Position numbers and translations under genes: made by a program | The notes under the pieces: model-generated | Seen by the model: only the letters and a program-made list of their open reading frames with translations | Databases searched by the model: none | What the model was told of the DNA's origin: nothing | Shown: piece after piece, positions 12,855-25,908 of the stretch | How positions within the stretch are numbered: position 1 is the first letter of the stretch | Layout: each line of letters opens with the position of its first letter | NCBI RefSeq assembly: GCF_006345805.1 | Contig: NC_043000.1 | Span: 141,546,001 to 141,610,000, forward strand | Direction: 5' to 3' | DNA length: 64,000 nucleotides | From: Octopus sinensis | Taxonomy: Eukaryota

Positions 12855-13026
12855 CATATATACGACAGGCTTCTTTCAGTTTCCGTCTACCAAATCCACT
12901 CACAAGGCATTGGTCGGCCCGGGGCTATAGCAGAAGACACTTGCCCAAGATGCCACGCAGTGGGACTGAACCCAGAACCATGTGGTTGGTTAGCAAGCTA
13001 CTTACCACACAGCCACTCCTGCGCCT
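12593..13026 (-). mobile_element. SINE family A, full length
   Basis: Reverse complement of the 11.5-kb copy. Confidence 0.92.
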
Positions 13027-14992
13027 ATTCTTTAACCTTTAGAAAACATCATTAATCAGTATAGACTCCGCTTTGCAAGGCATGTGTTGCACATTATAGA
13101 AAACAGAATGTAGAAACATCAATGTGTTGACTAACAAAAGAGAACAAGATGAAGGAAGCCGCCCCCTCTTCAAGAAATGCTACCGTGTGTTCAGAGATGA
13201 TCTATAGGAAATGGATATTGCTGGGAAAGAAGCTGGATCAATTATTGAGAATAAGATCTTAATGGATGGATTTAAGTCAGAGTCTAGTCAAAAACTGGAG
13301 TCGATTTGATCAACAAAAACTCGTTCTCATATTTGTGGTCATGCGATTTTGTTAAAAAAATCAATGGACATGGAGCTTCAATAGTTAACAATAGTACTAT
13401 TTAATTACCACCAAACAACTTTCTCTTTCGCCACTTATCTACAATATTATCTTTCCCCACACAATCTACACTTACTCACATTTATTTGTGTCTACTCGCA
13501 ACCGAAGTAAAAATGATAATAATAATTTTGTAAAGTAATACAGTTTTACTTCATATATGTAACAAATGCACCAAATGATCCGGTTAATGTATTGTTACAT
13601 TTCTTAATAAATAACAAATAGCTGCTGTTAGTAACGTTGTTTATATATGCACGTGACTTTCATACATATTTGCTTCCTTATTCTAAAGATAAACCGTTCC
13701 AAACAACACTATCTTAATTGAATTCGATACTTAACACCTTAATACTAATTCCTTTCTCCCTTCCGAGTGTCTTTTCTCGTAACTGCCTTTCGCTATATTT
13801 CTTAATTCTCCTTCTTCTTTACAGCAGTTTGTTTTTCTGTCTGTCTTTGTATTTCATTCATTAATTTCTCTTTTATGTATGAAAACAAACTCCTTACAAA
13901 ACAAAAACGTGATAAAGATATGAAGGTGAAAAAAATGACACAAAAAGAAAAGAATAAAATATACCTGTTTTATTTTAGGAGAAAATCAGGTGTTAAAATT
14001 TGATTAATAAAAACACCATCGTTTGCGTGCCACAAAAGAGAACAACAGTAACAGCATCACCAAGAATATAAATAAATAAATATATCCTTTGCTAGCTATG
14101 ATTTCCTACGACTATATTTGCAGGTTTATCAATGCATTATGCTCATGTTACGAAACGGATTCCAGTAAAAAGCATAACCGTATGCTGTGTTCATACAAAC
14201 ACAGTATTTTGAAGAAATAAAAATCCCTTGAACAGATGACATAAAGAGATATCTTGGGATATCTTTAGAATTAGCATTGGGAAAAAGAGAAATAATTTAA
14301 AGATATAAGTGCTCTACTGTAGTGCATTTTAAAATACGAAGTGCATATCTTTCCGTGGATTGCAGGTCACAGAAAACCTATCTCAGCAACATCTATGAAT
14401 TTAGCCTGCGTTGATTAGAAATTTAATCCTAGCAGATGGTTACTAAAATAACCACTACTAGAGGCCTTTTTAGAAGGGCAATGTGTAAAAAATGTAACTA
14501 TTTCTTTTCTTTTCTTTTCATGAAATCATCAATAATTGCTAATGATTAAGAAATGGTTTATTTCTGAACTAGATCGATATTTCACATTAGTTTATTTGAT
14601 ATTTCCCCATAAATACACACACGGATTACTACTACTAATACTACTACTACTTCTACTACTACTACTACTACTACTACACAGTGCCATCACAAGCATATCC
14701 ACAAACTGTGAGCCATAATCACAATTGTAATGTATTGTAATGTGCATAATTTTTGGACATAGGATCTAATAGTTCATTTAAGCAATCCTTTGCTTAATTT
14801 CAAGTACACAATGCTTTTACTGTAGTGGTTGTTAATTCCCACAGTATTCATGATAACTGTAAACAGAACTAGAATTCGCCCGGATGTTACGTGTGCATAA
14901 TTAATCATTTCTTACGTTAGCATTGATTTGGTTGAGTCAGTAAAGTGTTTTATTTTATGCTTGGCATAAAACCATCAGTATTCAAATCTCAC

Positions 14993-15059
14993 CGAAGACA
15001 ACTTAACATATCGGAGTTCGTTAAAGGGTATCATTCTCTGGTAATGAATGGGCGGAACG
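14993..15059 (-). CDS. Candidate exon (VPPIHYQRMIPFNELRYVKLSS); the open frame extends upstream to about 15190
   Basis: Donor TCG|GTGAGA and acceptor GTTTTTAG; a single open frame with protein-like composition. Confidence 0.3.
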
Positions 15060-15631
15060 CTAAAAACTTCACATTGAATGCTCGGTGGTATTTGTTCCTG
15101 ATTTTTTTGTTCTTCATTCAAATTCCACCATATCCTATTTGTGTAAAGACTTGATCCTTTGCCTATGGTAATCTTAAGTGATTTGCGTTGAATTCACTCT
15201 GTTGCAATCATTCGGGAAAACTCTCAATTTGAGGATATTTTCCTTCCATAAGTCTCAGATACCCAGTAAATTATCCTGGTCATTGCTTCCCCTTCTTACA
15301 AAAACAAAGTCCATTCATGCATTTCTGAAAAGTGTTAGCGAAGTAGGTATATGATTGAAACCCAGAATAAAATATGCCCCATTCGTATGATCATTGACTT
15401 ACGCTATCCACTTACATTTCTTCTTTGATGCTCCTAAAGGTATCGATTTCTCATAAAATTACAACTATTTCTGTACCCAAACAACGAAAATAAATTTTTA
15501 AAATTACATCGGAAACAACAACAGAGTTTCTATAAAATCAGGTGATATACTATAAATAGCAAGCAGATACAGTATAATTAATACCCATTATCTTAAAAAA
15601 GGAAATAGAATAAAATGAGGTTAGGTCTCAC

Positions 15632-15679
15632 TGTGGCTGAAAAATTGCATTCTGTCTTGTTTGTCTGGTGAGGCTTCAT
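15632..15679 (-). CDS. Candidate 48-nt exon
   Basis: Acceptor TTGTATTTGATTCAG and donor ACA|GTGAGA; length divisible by 3 and two open frames. Confidence 0.25.
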
Positions 15680-16134
15680 CTGAATCAAATACAATCAACA
15701 AAAATAATATAACATTTCTAGTTACAAAAGGCTTTCATGATATTTCAATTATTTAACGACTGAGTTCTAAGTGTATATGCACGTGTGTATGTATGTATAT
15801 GTATATATATAGTTTTAAAAAGGAATATATATCAGAAAGAAGTACAGTCTAAAAAATATAACTAATTATTACAACAAAATTTTATATAGAGTTACCCAAG
15901 TTTTCGCACCCACAAATTCAAGCCTTGTGGACAGCTAGTCAGATTATATGAACACAAAATTTTAAAATATCTACGTTGCAGACATAAGGAAACGCTCAGA
16001 CCTCGAGGAATACGAAAAAACCTTAATGAGTACGGGTTATTTCCCCTTAATCAAAGGAGAACAAAGACACCTTTAGAGACTCGGAGAGGTCTAATGAGCA
16101 AACGGAGAGATCCAATTTTCTAGTAATTAGTGAT

Positions 16135-16420
16135 TCAAGGGGATGCATTTAGAAAACACTTCTTTACGGCTCTTTTATGTGTTAGGCTTCTTATAGTCTT
16201 TAACAATTCTGTTCTCTCCGCTTTGCAGATCTTGCAACGGCTACTTCCATTTATATTCGGGCCCGGATAATCAATTAATCTCCACCTGACATCATACGGG
16301 GCCACTTGATCTTTGGGGTGCCACACTTCTACAGGTTCACTTGACCACAATATGCTATCCTGTACATATTATTTTCAAATTTTGATAGTATTTCCCCATA
16401 AGTCTGCCCCATCAGAGCTA
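16135..16420 (-). mobile_element. Degenerate PLE GIY-YIG C-terminal relic of a different PLE group from the 50-kb element
   Basis: Translation VWHPKDQVAPYDVRWRLIDYPGPNINGSSRCKICKAERTELL resembles the PLE endonuclease tail pattern W.LKD....Y.I.W.I....PY..GSKRC.LC..EK. Confidence 0.55.
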
Positions 16421-17793
16421 GTGCCCTAATACGCTTGTTGTTTAATGAAATTCGTTTATTATGCCTTTGGTGATACGTCTAGTTTATTAAAACTAACCTG
16501 AGGCTGAGCAACTACTGCATACACATATAAGTGTCCAATGATTCGATGCTGTTATAGTTTCATAGCTTCGAGTATGTATTGTTGACTCAGGGATTAACTA
16601 GAGTTAAACAACATTAATATAGATCCGAAAACATTCATATTTCATATCTGCTGAAAAGAAACCACGCATCAATTTGACGCTAGTCATTACGCTTGACAAA
16701 GTGATAAATATAAACAAACAATTTCACGAGTGAATTTCTATCAAAATCCTATTTCTCAGTATATTTTCTTTGGATGAAAATTCCGAACACTAGACTTCCT
16801 TTCACAATATACGATAATTACTATTAAAATCATATTTTCACACACAACAGGAATTCACTGTTGGCATTTCTTTCTTTAAAGACTTATTGGTCCATAATTA
16901 GTTATTACCAATTGAATGGTAGAAAATACCATTTTTAGATGTCCAATGAAATAAATTGAATGTAAGTACTGGAGTAGAACGCAAGTTGCAGCAACTTATT
17001 TTCGCTTATTTTACAGATAAAATGTTTACAGCCACTTGATAGACTATTAACAAAACTAGAAATAACAGTCAAAAAGCATACAAATAGCTATGTATCATCT
17101 TGAAAAATGAGAACATAGTGTATCACGAATCCCTAATATAAAACATGACAAGATTGCTAAATCTGGAACGTCTTTAAATGCAACTTGGCTCAGTTGAGGT
17201 TTGCCTGGGGTAAATAATAACAGAAACAAATACACAAGTGGAAACAGAAATATAGATACAGGGCGTAAATAAAGTAAAGTTCTCAACCGATAAATTAACC
17301 CAGTGAAGAGTACCTGATTATTATTACCATTCTGAAACACCTTATCAGTTAATCACCATAGTTTTAACAATTTCTAATAGATTTGTTACATGTACTCCTG
17401 TAAATATGTGCTTGTGTTTTCTTCTCTTCCTTGTTTTCTATTGATTAGAAAAGTCTAGCGCCTACGAATAGACATTTTCGATATACAGTTTTTGTCTATT
17501 AAGACCACTTATGTAAGGATATACACACACACATACATGTATATACACACATACAACAACACACAAGCAGTACCAAACTTCCATATACATTTACTTGTGA
17601 TTGTGTGTATTTAATCCGTATTCAAAAGCAATGTGCTACAAAGTGACCACGACGTATTTCGATATCCCTATGTGCACCTATATTCTACACAAGTCTCACA
17701 TAAGCTTAGACATACTCACATACTTATACGCGCACATACGCTTAAATGCAGAAACTCACACAGACATACACACAACACTCTCACGTGTTCGTC

Positions 17794-17828
<35 letters not shown>

Positions 17829-18454
17829 TCGCTCTTTACATTTTACATTTTACCATACTTCCTTTCTCAATATTTATTGCTGCCCCACACTGAGTATATC
17901 TAACTGATTTCCTAAGCTCGATCAGCCTTTGCTCCCCTTTCATTCCTCCTTTATATATTTCAATATCCACAACTATAGTTTTTTTGTGAATGTGACAGTC
18001 ACGATCATCCAATCATCCGTTGTCTCAGTATCTCTAATATATTCTCGTTCTGTCTCTCTTTTACATTCTCTAATTCCTTCTTCCGATTATGTCGCAATTT
18101 CCTTTTGATTTTCGCCATCTACTTTTCATCCTTCATTCCATCTTACCCTGATCACCGCAGTAACTCTCGAATCAACCACCCAATTCCATTTCTATTATCT
18201 CTCCTGCTCTCCCTCTCACATTCACATTCCCTCATATCTGTATTTTCTAATATACACATTATCTCTATTTCAACCACCTATATCTCTCATCCTCCGCCAC
18301 CCCCATTTTATTTCCCCACATTTTATGTTATATGCAACACAATCTAGTTTCTAATATTTCTTAGTCTCACCTCAACCTCTTCATCTCACTGTCAAATGCA
18401 AACTGTTGGAGTACAAAACTCTCTTTTCTTTCTCATTAATATTTCTTCCTCTGT

Positions 18455-18649
18455 GAACCCGGCGTGGTGGCAGATTCATTACCGCACCGAGGAAAAATTA
18501 CTTAGCAGCTGAGTTCAAATATATCCGGGGTTGATTTGCCTTTTATCTTTTGGGGGTCATTAAAATAAATACCAGTTGAGCACTGGAGACGATGAAATCG
18601 GTTTACACCCTCCCCCGAAATTGCTGACCTTGTTTCGAAATCTGAATCC
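18455..18649 (+). mobile_element. Diverged SINE related to family B, with a 17-bp TSD
   Basis: GAGTTCAAAT B-box and GTTGATTTGCCTTTTATC...ATAAATACCAGTTGAGCACTGG body. TSD AATATTTCTTCCTCTGT at 18438-18454 and 18650-18666. Confidence 0.85.
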
Positions 18650-19935
18650 AATATTTCTTCCTCTGTCTTTCTAGTTCATTAAGCCTTTCTTTTAAAATGT
18701 ACGTCTCTACATTGTGACCATCCTTTGAACACTCTAGCTTCCCCTCCTCTCTCTCTACACACAGATTTCGCTATTTCATTCTTCTGTATATACTTTCTCT
18801 CTGTCTATTTTGGTTATCTCTTTCTTTCACTTTCACTCTCCTTATCTTTGAAAGCAAATGTTTCTCAGTCAGTCATATTTTTCTTGACATAACTTAATTT
18901 CTTTCTGTGCATTGCTTCTTTTCTATATCTGATAGACATGCGCACAGCGAAAGATACAAGTATACACATACATACTCATATCCTTAGAAGCTTCCACATG
19001 ATACACAGTAAGAGAGAGAGAGAGTAAGAAAGAGAGAGAAAGAGAGTGAGAGAATGAGACAGAGAGACATGCTAACAGATAAACAGACATACACATTTCT
19101 ATACTGATAAACAAGCACCAAGACAGACTGTATCGCTGTTCGATAGACACACATATCTACATGTCTCTCACTCTCTCTGGCTTATTCCCAATCTATTTGT
19201 CTTCCTTCTACCACAGCGTATATCCAATAAACACACAACAAAGCCATTCCTTTAGACGTTACACTCCAAGTAGTTTTAGTAAATCAAGCAGCGATACAAA
19301 TCACTAATTCTACTTTCAGAATACGACAAACACAGTTTCCCTATGAGTATAAATTGTGATTGGAAACAATTCGATTAGGCTACTTTCTCGTCTTACAAAG
19401 TTTGTCCCAAAGGTGTGTCGTCTCGAGAATATATTCTATGATCAAGAATTCTAAGTTAATAGCTAAAAATAGAAGGAAATGAAGAAAAGAAAAAAAAAAG
19501 AAAATATACAAACCAAATAATTTGGTATGATAAAAAAAGAAAGATAGGGGTGGGGTAAACGGAATCAAACGGAGTGAAATGAAACTAAAAGATAAGAATA
19601 ATATATGATTAAATAACAAAACGTATATCTAGAGACAAAGAATACACAGATAAAAAGAGCGTTAAAGGATATACTTTTAGGAAATTTAACTACGGGGAAG
19701 GAAATATGTGAGAGTCAATGGGTCAGTGAGTGTATATATGTTTGGGTGTATATGTACATATTTGTATTTGTGACTCTGTGAATCATGTTGCCCGCTTGTA
19801 TACGAGAATTGGACACTGGCATATATATATATATATATATATTATATATAATATATATATATATATAATACTATATTTGTTCCACGTCCTCGCGTTGTTG
19901 TGTTTTTTTTTTTTTTTGTGCTTTCTTGTTTGGAT

Positions 19936-19972
<37 letters not shown>

Positions 19973-20144
19973 AATATTAGGGAATATATCCAAATTTACA
20001 GGGAAAAAAAATCAGATTTAGGATTAAATCCAATTTTATAGTAAAATATTATAAATATTATTTGAGACAAAACCACTATTTTGCAAAACAAACAAGGAAA
20101 GACTTAATCAATACATAAAATTAATAAATAGTCAAAAAAAACCG

Positions 20145-20187
20145 CCACTACAATCGTTTCTTGTCTTGATCGACAATCTTCAGGTGG
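20145..20187 (-). ncRNA. Type I hammerhead ribozyme motif, minus strand, unit 1
   Basis: Exact reverse complement of 20248-20290. Confidence 0.85.
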
Positions 20188-20247
20188 ACTTCCAATAATT
20201 CAGTTACAAATTATGACTTCATAATTTGTAACTGAATTATTGGAAGT

Positions 20248-20290
20248 CCACCTGAAGATTGTCGATCAAGACAAGAAACGATTGTAGTGG
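20248..20290 (+). ncRNA. Type I hammerhead ribozyme motif, plus strand, unit 1
   Basis: CCAC-CTGAAGA-TTGTC-GATCAA-GACAA-GAAAC-GATT-GTA^GTGG. Complete CUGANGA/GAAA/UH core, 4-bp stem I, 5-bp stem II, 2-bp stem III. Confidence 0.85.
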
Positions 20291-20376
20291 CGGTTTTTTT
20301 GACTATTTATTAAATTTTATGTATTGATTAAGTCTTTCCTTGTTTGTTTTGCAAAATAGTGGTTTTGTCTCAAATA

Positions 20377-20426
<50 letters not shown>

Positions 20427-20721
20427 TATATATATATATATAATATATATATAATACTATATTTGTTCCACGTCCTCGCGTTGTTGTGTTTTTTTTTTGT
20501 GCTTTCTTGTTTGGATTAACTATATATATATATATATATATATATAATAAATATTAGGGAATATATCCAAATTTACAGGGAAAAAAAATCAGATTTAGGA
20601 TTAAATCCAATTTTATAGTAAAATATTATAAATATTATTTGAGACAAAACCACTATTTTGCAAAACAAACAAGGAAAGACTTAATCAATACATAAAATTA
20701 ATAAATAGTCAAAAAAAACCG

Positions 20722-20764
20722 CCACTACAATCGTTTCTTGTCTTGATCGACAATCTTCAGGTGG
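20722..20764 (-). ncRNA. Type I hammerhead motif, minus strand, unit 2
   Basis: Identical to 20145-20187. Confidence 0.85.
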
Positions 20765-20824
20765 ACTTCCAATAATTCAGTTACAAATTATGACTTCATA
20801 ATTTGTAACTGAATTATTGGAAGT

Positions 20825-20867
20825 CCACCTGAAGATTGTCGATCAAGACAAGAAACGATTGTAGTGG
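20825..20867 (+). ncRNA. Type I hammerhead motif, plus strand, unit 2
   Basis: Identical to 20248-20290. Confidence 0.85.
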
Positions 20868-20953
20868 CGGTTTTTTTGACTATTTATTAAATTTTATGTA
20901 TTGATTAAGTCTTTCCTTGTTTGTTTTGCAAAATAGTGGTTTTGTCTCAAATA

Positions 20954-21001
<48 letters not shown>

Positions 21002-21005
21002 TATA

Positions 21006-21091
<86 letters not shown>

Positions 21092-21279
21092 CTTGATGAA
21101 CAATCTAATAATCTTTGCGATTACGGCGCGAAATTGTGGTGGTTTTTGGTTGATCACTGATAAGGGATGAACGTGATCACATCTTGTGTATGTTTGTTCC
21201 GTGCATTCTATTTCGCCCTTCTGAGTAATTGTTTTTTTTACTGTAATTAATTTTGTGACACCATGCATCCTCCTTTTTT

Positions 21280-21950
21280 CTTCCCACGCAACGGTACTCT
21301 CACAAGGAATAATATTTGGTGCGCCGTCTATCACTCCCTCTCTTTCCTCTATCCTTTCTTTCTTCTCTTATCATCTTGCGTCACTATGTTTATTTTTGTG
21401 TACCACTTCTCCTTTTTTGTTGTGCTCATCCCTTCTTTATTCCGTTTCTTTTTGTCTACAATCTCTTCTATCTCTATTTGAGTCTCATTCCATTTTTTTC
21501 CTTCCTCCCTTTACTTAGAGTCTATTTCTTCCTCCGTTCACCTCGGTCAACTATTTACTGCCTTTCCTTTCTCCTCTCTCTCTCCTCACTCCTTCATTCT
21601 TCTTATCTTATTTTCCTTAACTCCTCTTGCTTCGTCCTTCTCTATTCTTTCACGTCTTAGTACAACACTTTCCTCTCTTCCTTCCTTTCTCTCTAACTGT
21701 CACTATCCGTCTTGCTTTCTTGTTTCTCTTTTGGATACCACGTGACCATCTTATGTATCTTTTCATCTATCAATTTTCTGCTTGACCTCTGACTAGTTCA
21801 GACGTGTTTTTTTTTTTTTTGGTCTCAAGCCTTAACATTTACTTTCAACTCTGAATTCATCTTACTTTTCCAATTTTCGTTCTATCTTCTCCTTTCTATC
21901 TTTCTATTTTTCCATCTTTCCATCTTTCTCTATTTTCCTTTTGAAGTCTT
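21280..21950. repeat. Pyrimidine (CT)-rich low-complexity tract
   Basis: Directly visible; explains the overlapping F/L/S-rich ORFs. Confidence 0.85.
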
Positions 21951-22308
21951 ACAGGATATCTTTTGCATTCAGCGTTTGTTCTGTACATGTCTAAAGTGTG
22001 TCTCATAGTTAAAAAAAAAAAACCATATGCATGTATACATTTATGTATGTGATAACTACTTGAGTCGTTTGCCATTTTGTCTGGTGCTTATTCTGTCGTC
22101 ATGAAAAAAAAAATGAGTACAGCATGAATAGACCACAGAAAAGCATTTGATAGTGACCCACATAAATGGATACTCAGAAAATGTGTAAAGTTGTAAAGTA
22201 GAAACAAAAACTTAGCGTGGGTTAAATTCAACGTCCAGTGTCCTGGAAGTCAGTGGACGATTCACTTCAGCAAGATTTGTGGCTATTTAGTGGTTCTATC
22301 ACTAAAAT

Positions 22309-22480
22309 AATGTAAAGTATACTAGCCATCTCAATATGGCTAACCACTAAGGGTGGGTGCTACTGTAGCTTTTAACCCCAGAAGATCACCCACCCTTAGT
22401 GGTTAGCCATATTGAGATGGCTTGTATACTTTACGTTGTCGAGCAGTTACTGTTTACATCTAGTTCAGAGATTTATTATC
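22309..22480. mobile_element. Fold-back element: 51-bp arms (22309-22359 / 22387-22437), 27-nt spacer and unpaired tail; same family as 6064-6342
   Basis: Arms are complementary; shares AGCCAT...TGGCT and the tail GAGCAGTTACTGTTTACATCTAGTTCAGAGA. Confidence 0.8.
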
Positions 22481-23203
22481 ATTAAGATAGTTATAGCAAA
22501 ATTGTGCTACATTAATTTCCACAAGCAGGACTGAAGGGTGGTACGTTTTTATAATAAATATTTTCGCAAGTTTCGTTGAGGTGTCACCTGAAATATTATT
22601 CTCAAGATGTCTACAAGCTTACCGAAATGAAATGCGATATAAAATATTTAATCCAAATTTCGTTTATCTTCAGGAGAGGATCCTACTTAAGAATATTTGT
22701 ATCATGATTTTACTTACTATTAATATTCTCCCAACACATTTTTCTATATTTTTCCTTGTGATCGAAAAGTGGAAAGAAAAAAAAACCAATACAACTAGAA
22801 CGCACTGTTTGTCCTCGAAAGCTCTTGTTGGTGAAACTAAGTACTGATGTGTTATTAAACTCATTATGTGCATCTATGTATGTAAGTAAATGAAAAGAGG
22901 TTATTTACTTCTATCTGACCTTAACTATTCTCTAGTGTATATACACAGTTTTCGTACACATTCTTTAGGAATATATACTCAGAAAATATTTTTGTCATTA
23001 ATATTGCCCAGAATTTTTACGCAGCTCAAACACTGAACAAATACAAGAAGCGTGTAGCTCTGAACTTATTATAAAAGGCTAAAAAGCAATCTTCCATTCA
23101 TAGTGCTAAGTCACACTTTTACCACATAAGTGTTTCATGAAAACCTAAAATTATTGTAGCTCTGAAGCGTCTCTAAGTAACCATACCTGATACATCACCT
23201 CAT

Positions 23204-23299
<96 letters not shown>

Positions 23300-23504
23300 T
23301 GAAACAGCCAGCGACTGCATCTTTCTTCCTTCGCGTGACCAGCTAAAATAAACAGTCGAAACTCTTCAAACCTCACTTTTTTTAGAGTAATTAAGCCATT
23401 CGCCTAGGGTTGGAGGCAAAATATTCCTGTGTGGAACGCCTGTGAACATAAACTGGATTAAGTATATAACCTTAGATTAAACAACAGTCGCAATCGCAGC
23501 AAAA

Positions 23505-24432
23505 ATGGGGCATTCCAGATGCTTCCAGACATTTTCAAGAGAGACATTTATTAATTTCAAAGAGGAGCACAAAACTCTGATCTTCTTCAAAGTAGGATCT
23601 CTGGTTTCAACGCACTTATTGTAGTTCTTCAGCCATTTCACGAAGGCTCCATGGATGACCTCCAAAATGAAGGTGTTCTAGACCCCTGTTACAACCTTCT
23701 TCGTCTTCTCCTTCAGTTTGAGGAACAACCAAAAGTAAGAGAGTAAAAAGTCTGGATTATAGTGTGCGTAATGTACATTCTTCGTGCTTATCTCTGATAA
23801 GTATTTGTTTACCAGAATGCTAGTCACTGAGTACTTCGGGAACGATCTTCGCACAAAGTTTGCGCTTATTCAGATTTTCATGTATAATTCTGTATACAGT
23901 TGTCACGCCAACTCCAACAAAAATGCGTATTGTCTATATAGATAAACGAAAGATTTCATCCAGAAACTTACAAATTTTCTCAAGTAGCTCTGATATTTTC
24001 AACCAGCACTAATATTCTGAAAACCCTTTCACTCCCACACAACATTGTCTCTCACTTGCTTTCTACCTTCAATGATTCTCTTGATCCAGACGAAAACAGT
24101 TGCTCAGCTCATAAAACTTAATCCGTTAGCGCTCTGGAGCATTACATATGTTGTGTAGCGTTTTGGCCCAGTTTAGCACAAAACTTTATTGCATGGCGAA
24201 CTTCCAAATTGTCTTCACCTTCCGACTGCATTGTACGTCAGCGCTGTGAGAAGCAGTGTTTAGTAGCGTGTGCTTAAAGTGCCGTTACAGTCGTTTTCTT
24301 CAATATGGAATATCAAAAGTTGGCAGGTTAGCTTGTTAAATGTATACCAATGATTTACTAAAATTACAATTATCTAGAACAATTATGACTGCTTCTTCCA
24401 AAAATGTCTCAAAATCTCTGGTATACACCTGG
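23505..24432 (-). mobile_element. Internally deleted, degenerate mariner (Tc1/mariner) transposon
   Basis: Minus-strand fragments TVYRIIHENLNKRKLCAKIVP and FWLFLKLKEK...HGAFVKWLKNYNKCVET match mariner linker and C-terminal motifs. Degenerate TIRs lie near 23505-23535 and 24401-24432. Confidence 0.75.
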
Positions 24433-25661
24433 CATATCATGGAAACTGAAATCTTAACCTAATAGCGTGGAAATATCAAATCTGTTTTATATATACAAGA
24501 TGTGTTTAAAAAAGTTGAAGCTATTGTATAATCTTGAAACACATTACTCAAGCCAGCCGTTTAAAGACTATAAATATATAATTTGAAAGGAGAGCAGAAA
24601 ATTACAAATGACTGAAAGAGTACAGTACAAATAAATTTCCACTCAATATATATACATTTAATGACATTGAAATAGTGAACCAGTAATTTTATATCCAGCT
24701 GGTATTTTATCATTACTTGATTTCTAACATTGTTAATAATCCGTAATAACTGCGAGAGAGTGAAGTCGATATAATCGACTCTTTTTCCAGACTGGTGTCT
24801 TATTTAATAGAGTCCTGAAGAATAAAACGTAAATTTGATCTCAGCAAAATTTTAAAGCTGACGCAATAAGCCCGTTATGCTATAAACTACCGGGCATTTT
24901 GTGCATTACTTAAACGTCGTGCAACACTTGAATTTCTATTCAATGTTGAAGTAACGTTAGACTAGGGTTTATAGTTACAAAAAATATCAACAGGTACTTC
25001 AATAGTTATATGTGAACATTAAATGAAAACCTAGCGTTAATAAGAAATGTTTCCTATCATAGGCTAAAAACTTCTCAAAAGTTCCTGAATTAAAGATTTT
25101 AAGATTTAACTCTCTATAGAGCTAAGACATCACTTTTTCATTAGATATAGGAAATCTTTTTTTCTTACGTAACTTACTACAACTAACACTCATGCAGACA
25201 TACACACACACACACATAGATACTTTCTATTTCTCTCTCCCTCTCTCTTTCTGTCAAATACATGAGGAATTTCGATGTTTACTCTTTTCTCGGAGCAGTT
25301 TCTTTCCTAATATTATAACCCTGAGGCTATTTGATTGTCTAAAGAGTGAAAGCAAATAAATAGTATCAGAAATATTAAAGCATCAGAAGTTTGGGAATAG
25401 AACTTGATATACTCTCGTCCTAAAGTTATGAGTAGTCAGAGTTTCACTTATTTAAATCCCACATTAATTAGCAAAATATATATAAATTCATTCCGATGCT
25501 TTGTACTAGCAATAAGTCCTTTTTCCATTTTCACAAAGCGCTTAACACAAATCTGAAGACGAACTTTTCTTTCGTTCTAGAAATACAACTAAAACAATTT
25601 ACGTATATGTAAACTGATGTGAATAACTTCGGTGAGCAAAGTGTGCAAAACATCTCATAAA

Positions 25662-25908
25662 AGACGGAAACGGAAAGAAGCCCGTCGTATATGTATGTGT
25701 GTGTCTTTGTGTCTGTGTTTATCACCCACCATCGCTCGACAACCGATGTTAGTGTGTTTACGTCCCCGTAACTTAGCGGTTCGGCAAAAGAGACCATTAA
25801 AATAAGTACTAGGTTTACAAAGTCCTGGCATCAATTTCTTCAAATAAAAGGCAGTGCTCCAGCATGGCTGCAATCTAACGGCTGAAACAAATAAAAGAAT
25901 TGAAGAAT
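25662..25908 (+). mobile_element. SINE family A, 5'-truncated
   Basis: AGACGGAAAC...GAAGCCCGTCG...TTAGCGGTTCGGCAAAAGAGAC...CTCCAGCATGG. Confidence 0.85.

Larger units (their letters stand above)
20053..20382. mobile_element. 330-bp palindrome (164-bp arms, 2-nt spacer CT), probably an inverted PLE terminal repeat
   Basis: Centre TTATGA-CT-TCATAA; only two 1-bp indels between the arms; each arm contains an HHR; the right arm runs into (TA)n. Confidence 0.9.
20630..20959. mobile_element. Second copy of the 330-bp HHR palindrome
   Basis: Identical to 20053-20382 at an offset of +577. Confidence 0.9.
19860..21030. repeat. Direct tandem duplication, period 577 bp
   Basis: The two units are identical except for poly-T (15 vs 10) and (TA)n lengths; GAGAC at 20064 and 20641. 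Confidence 0.95.

Noticed and set aside
15301-15325. EGF-like KCMNGLCFC micro-exon
   Set aside because: It is too short to distinguish from chance, and the unspliced frame stops after a few codons.
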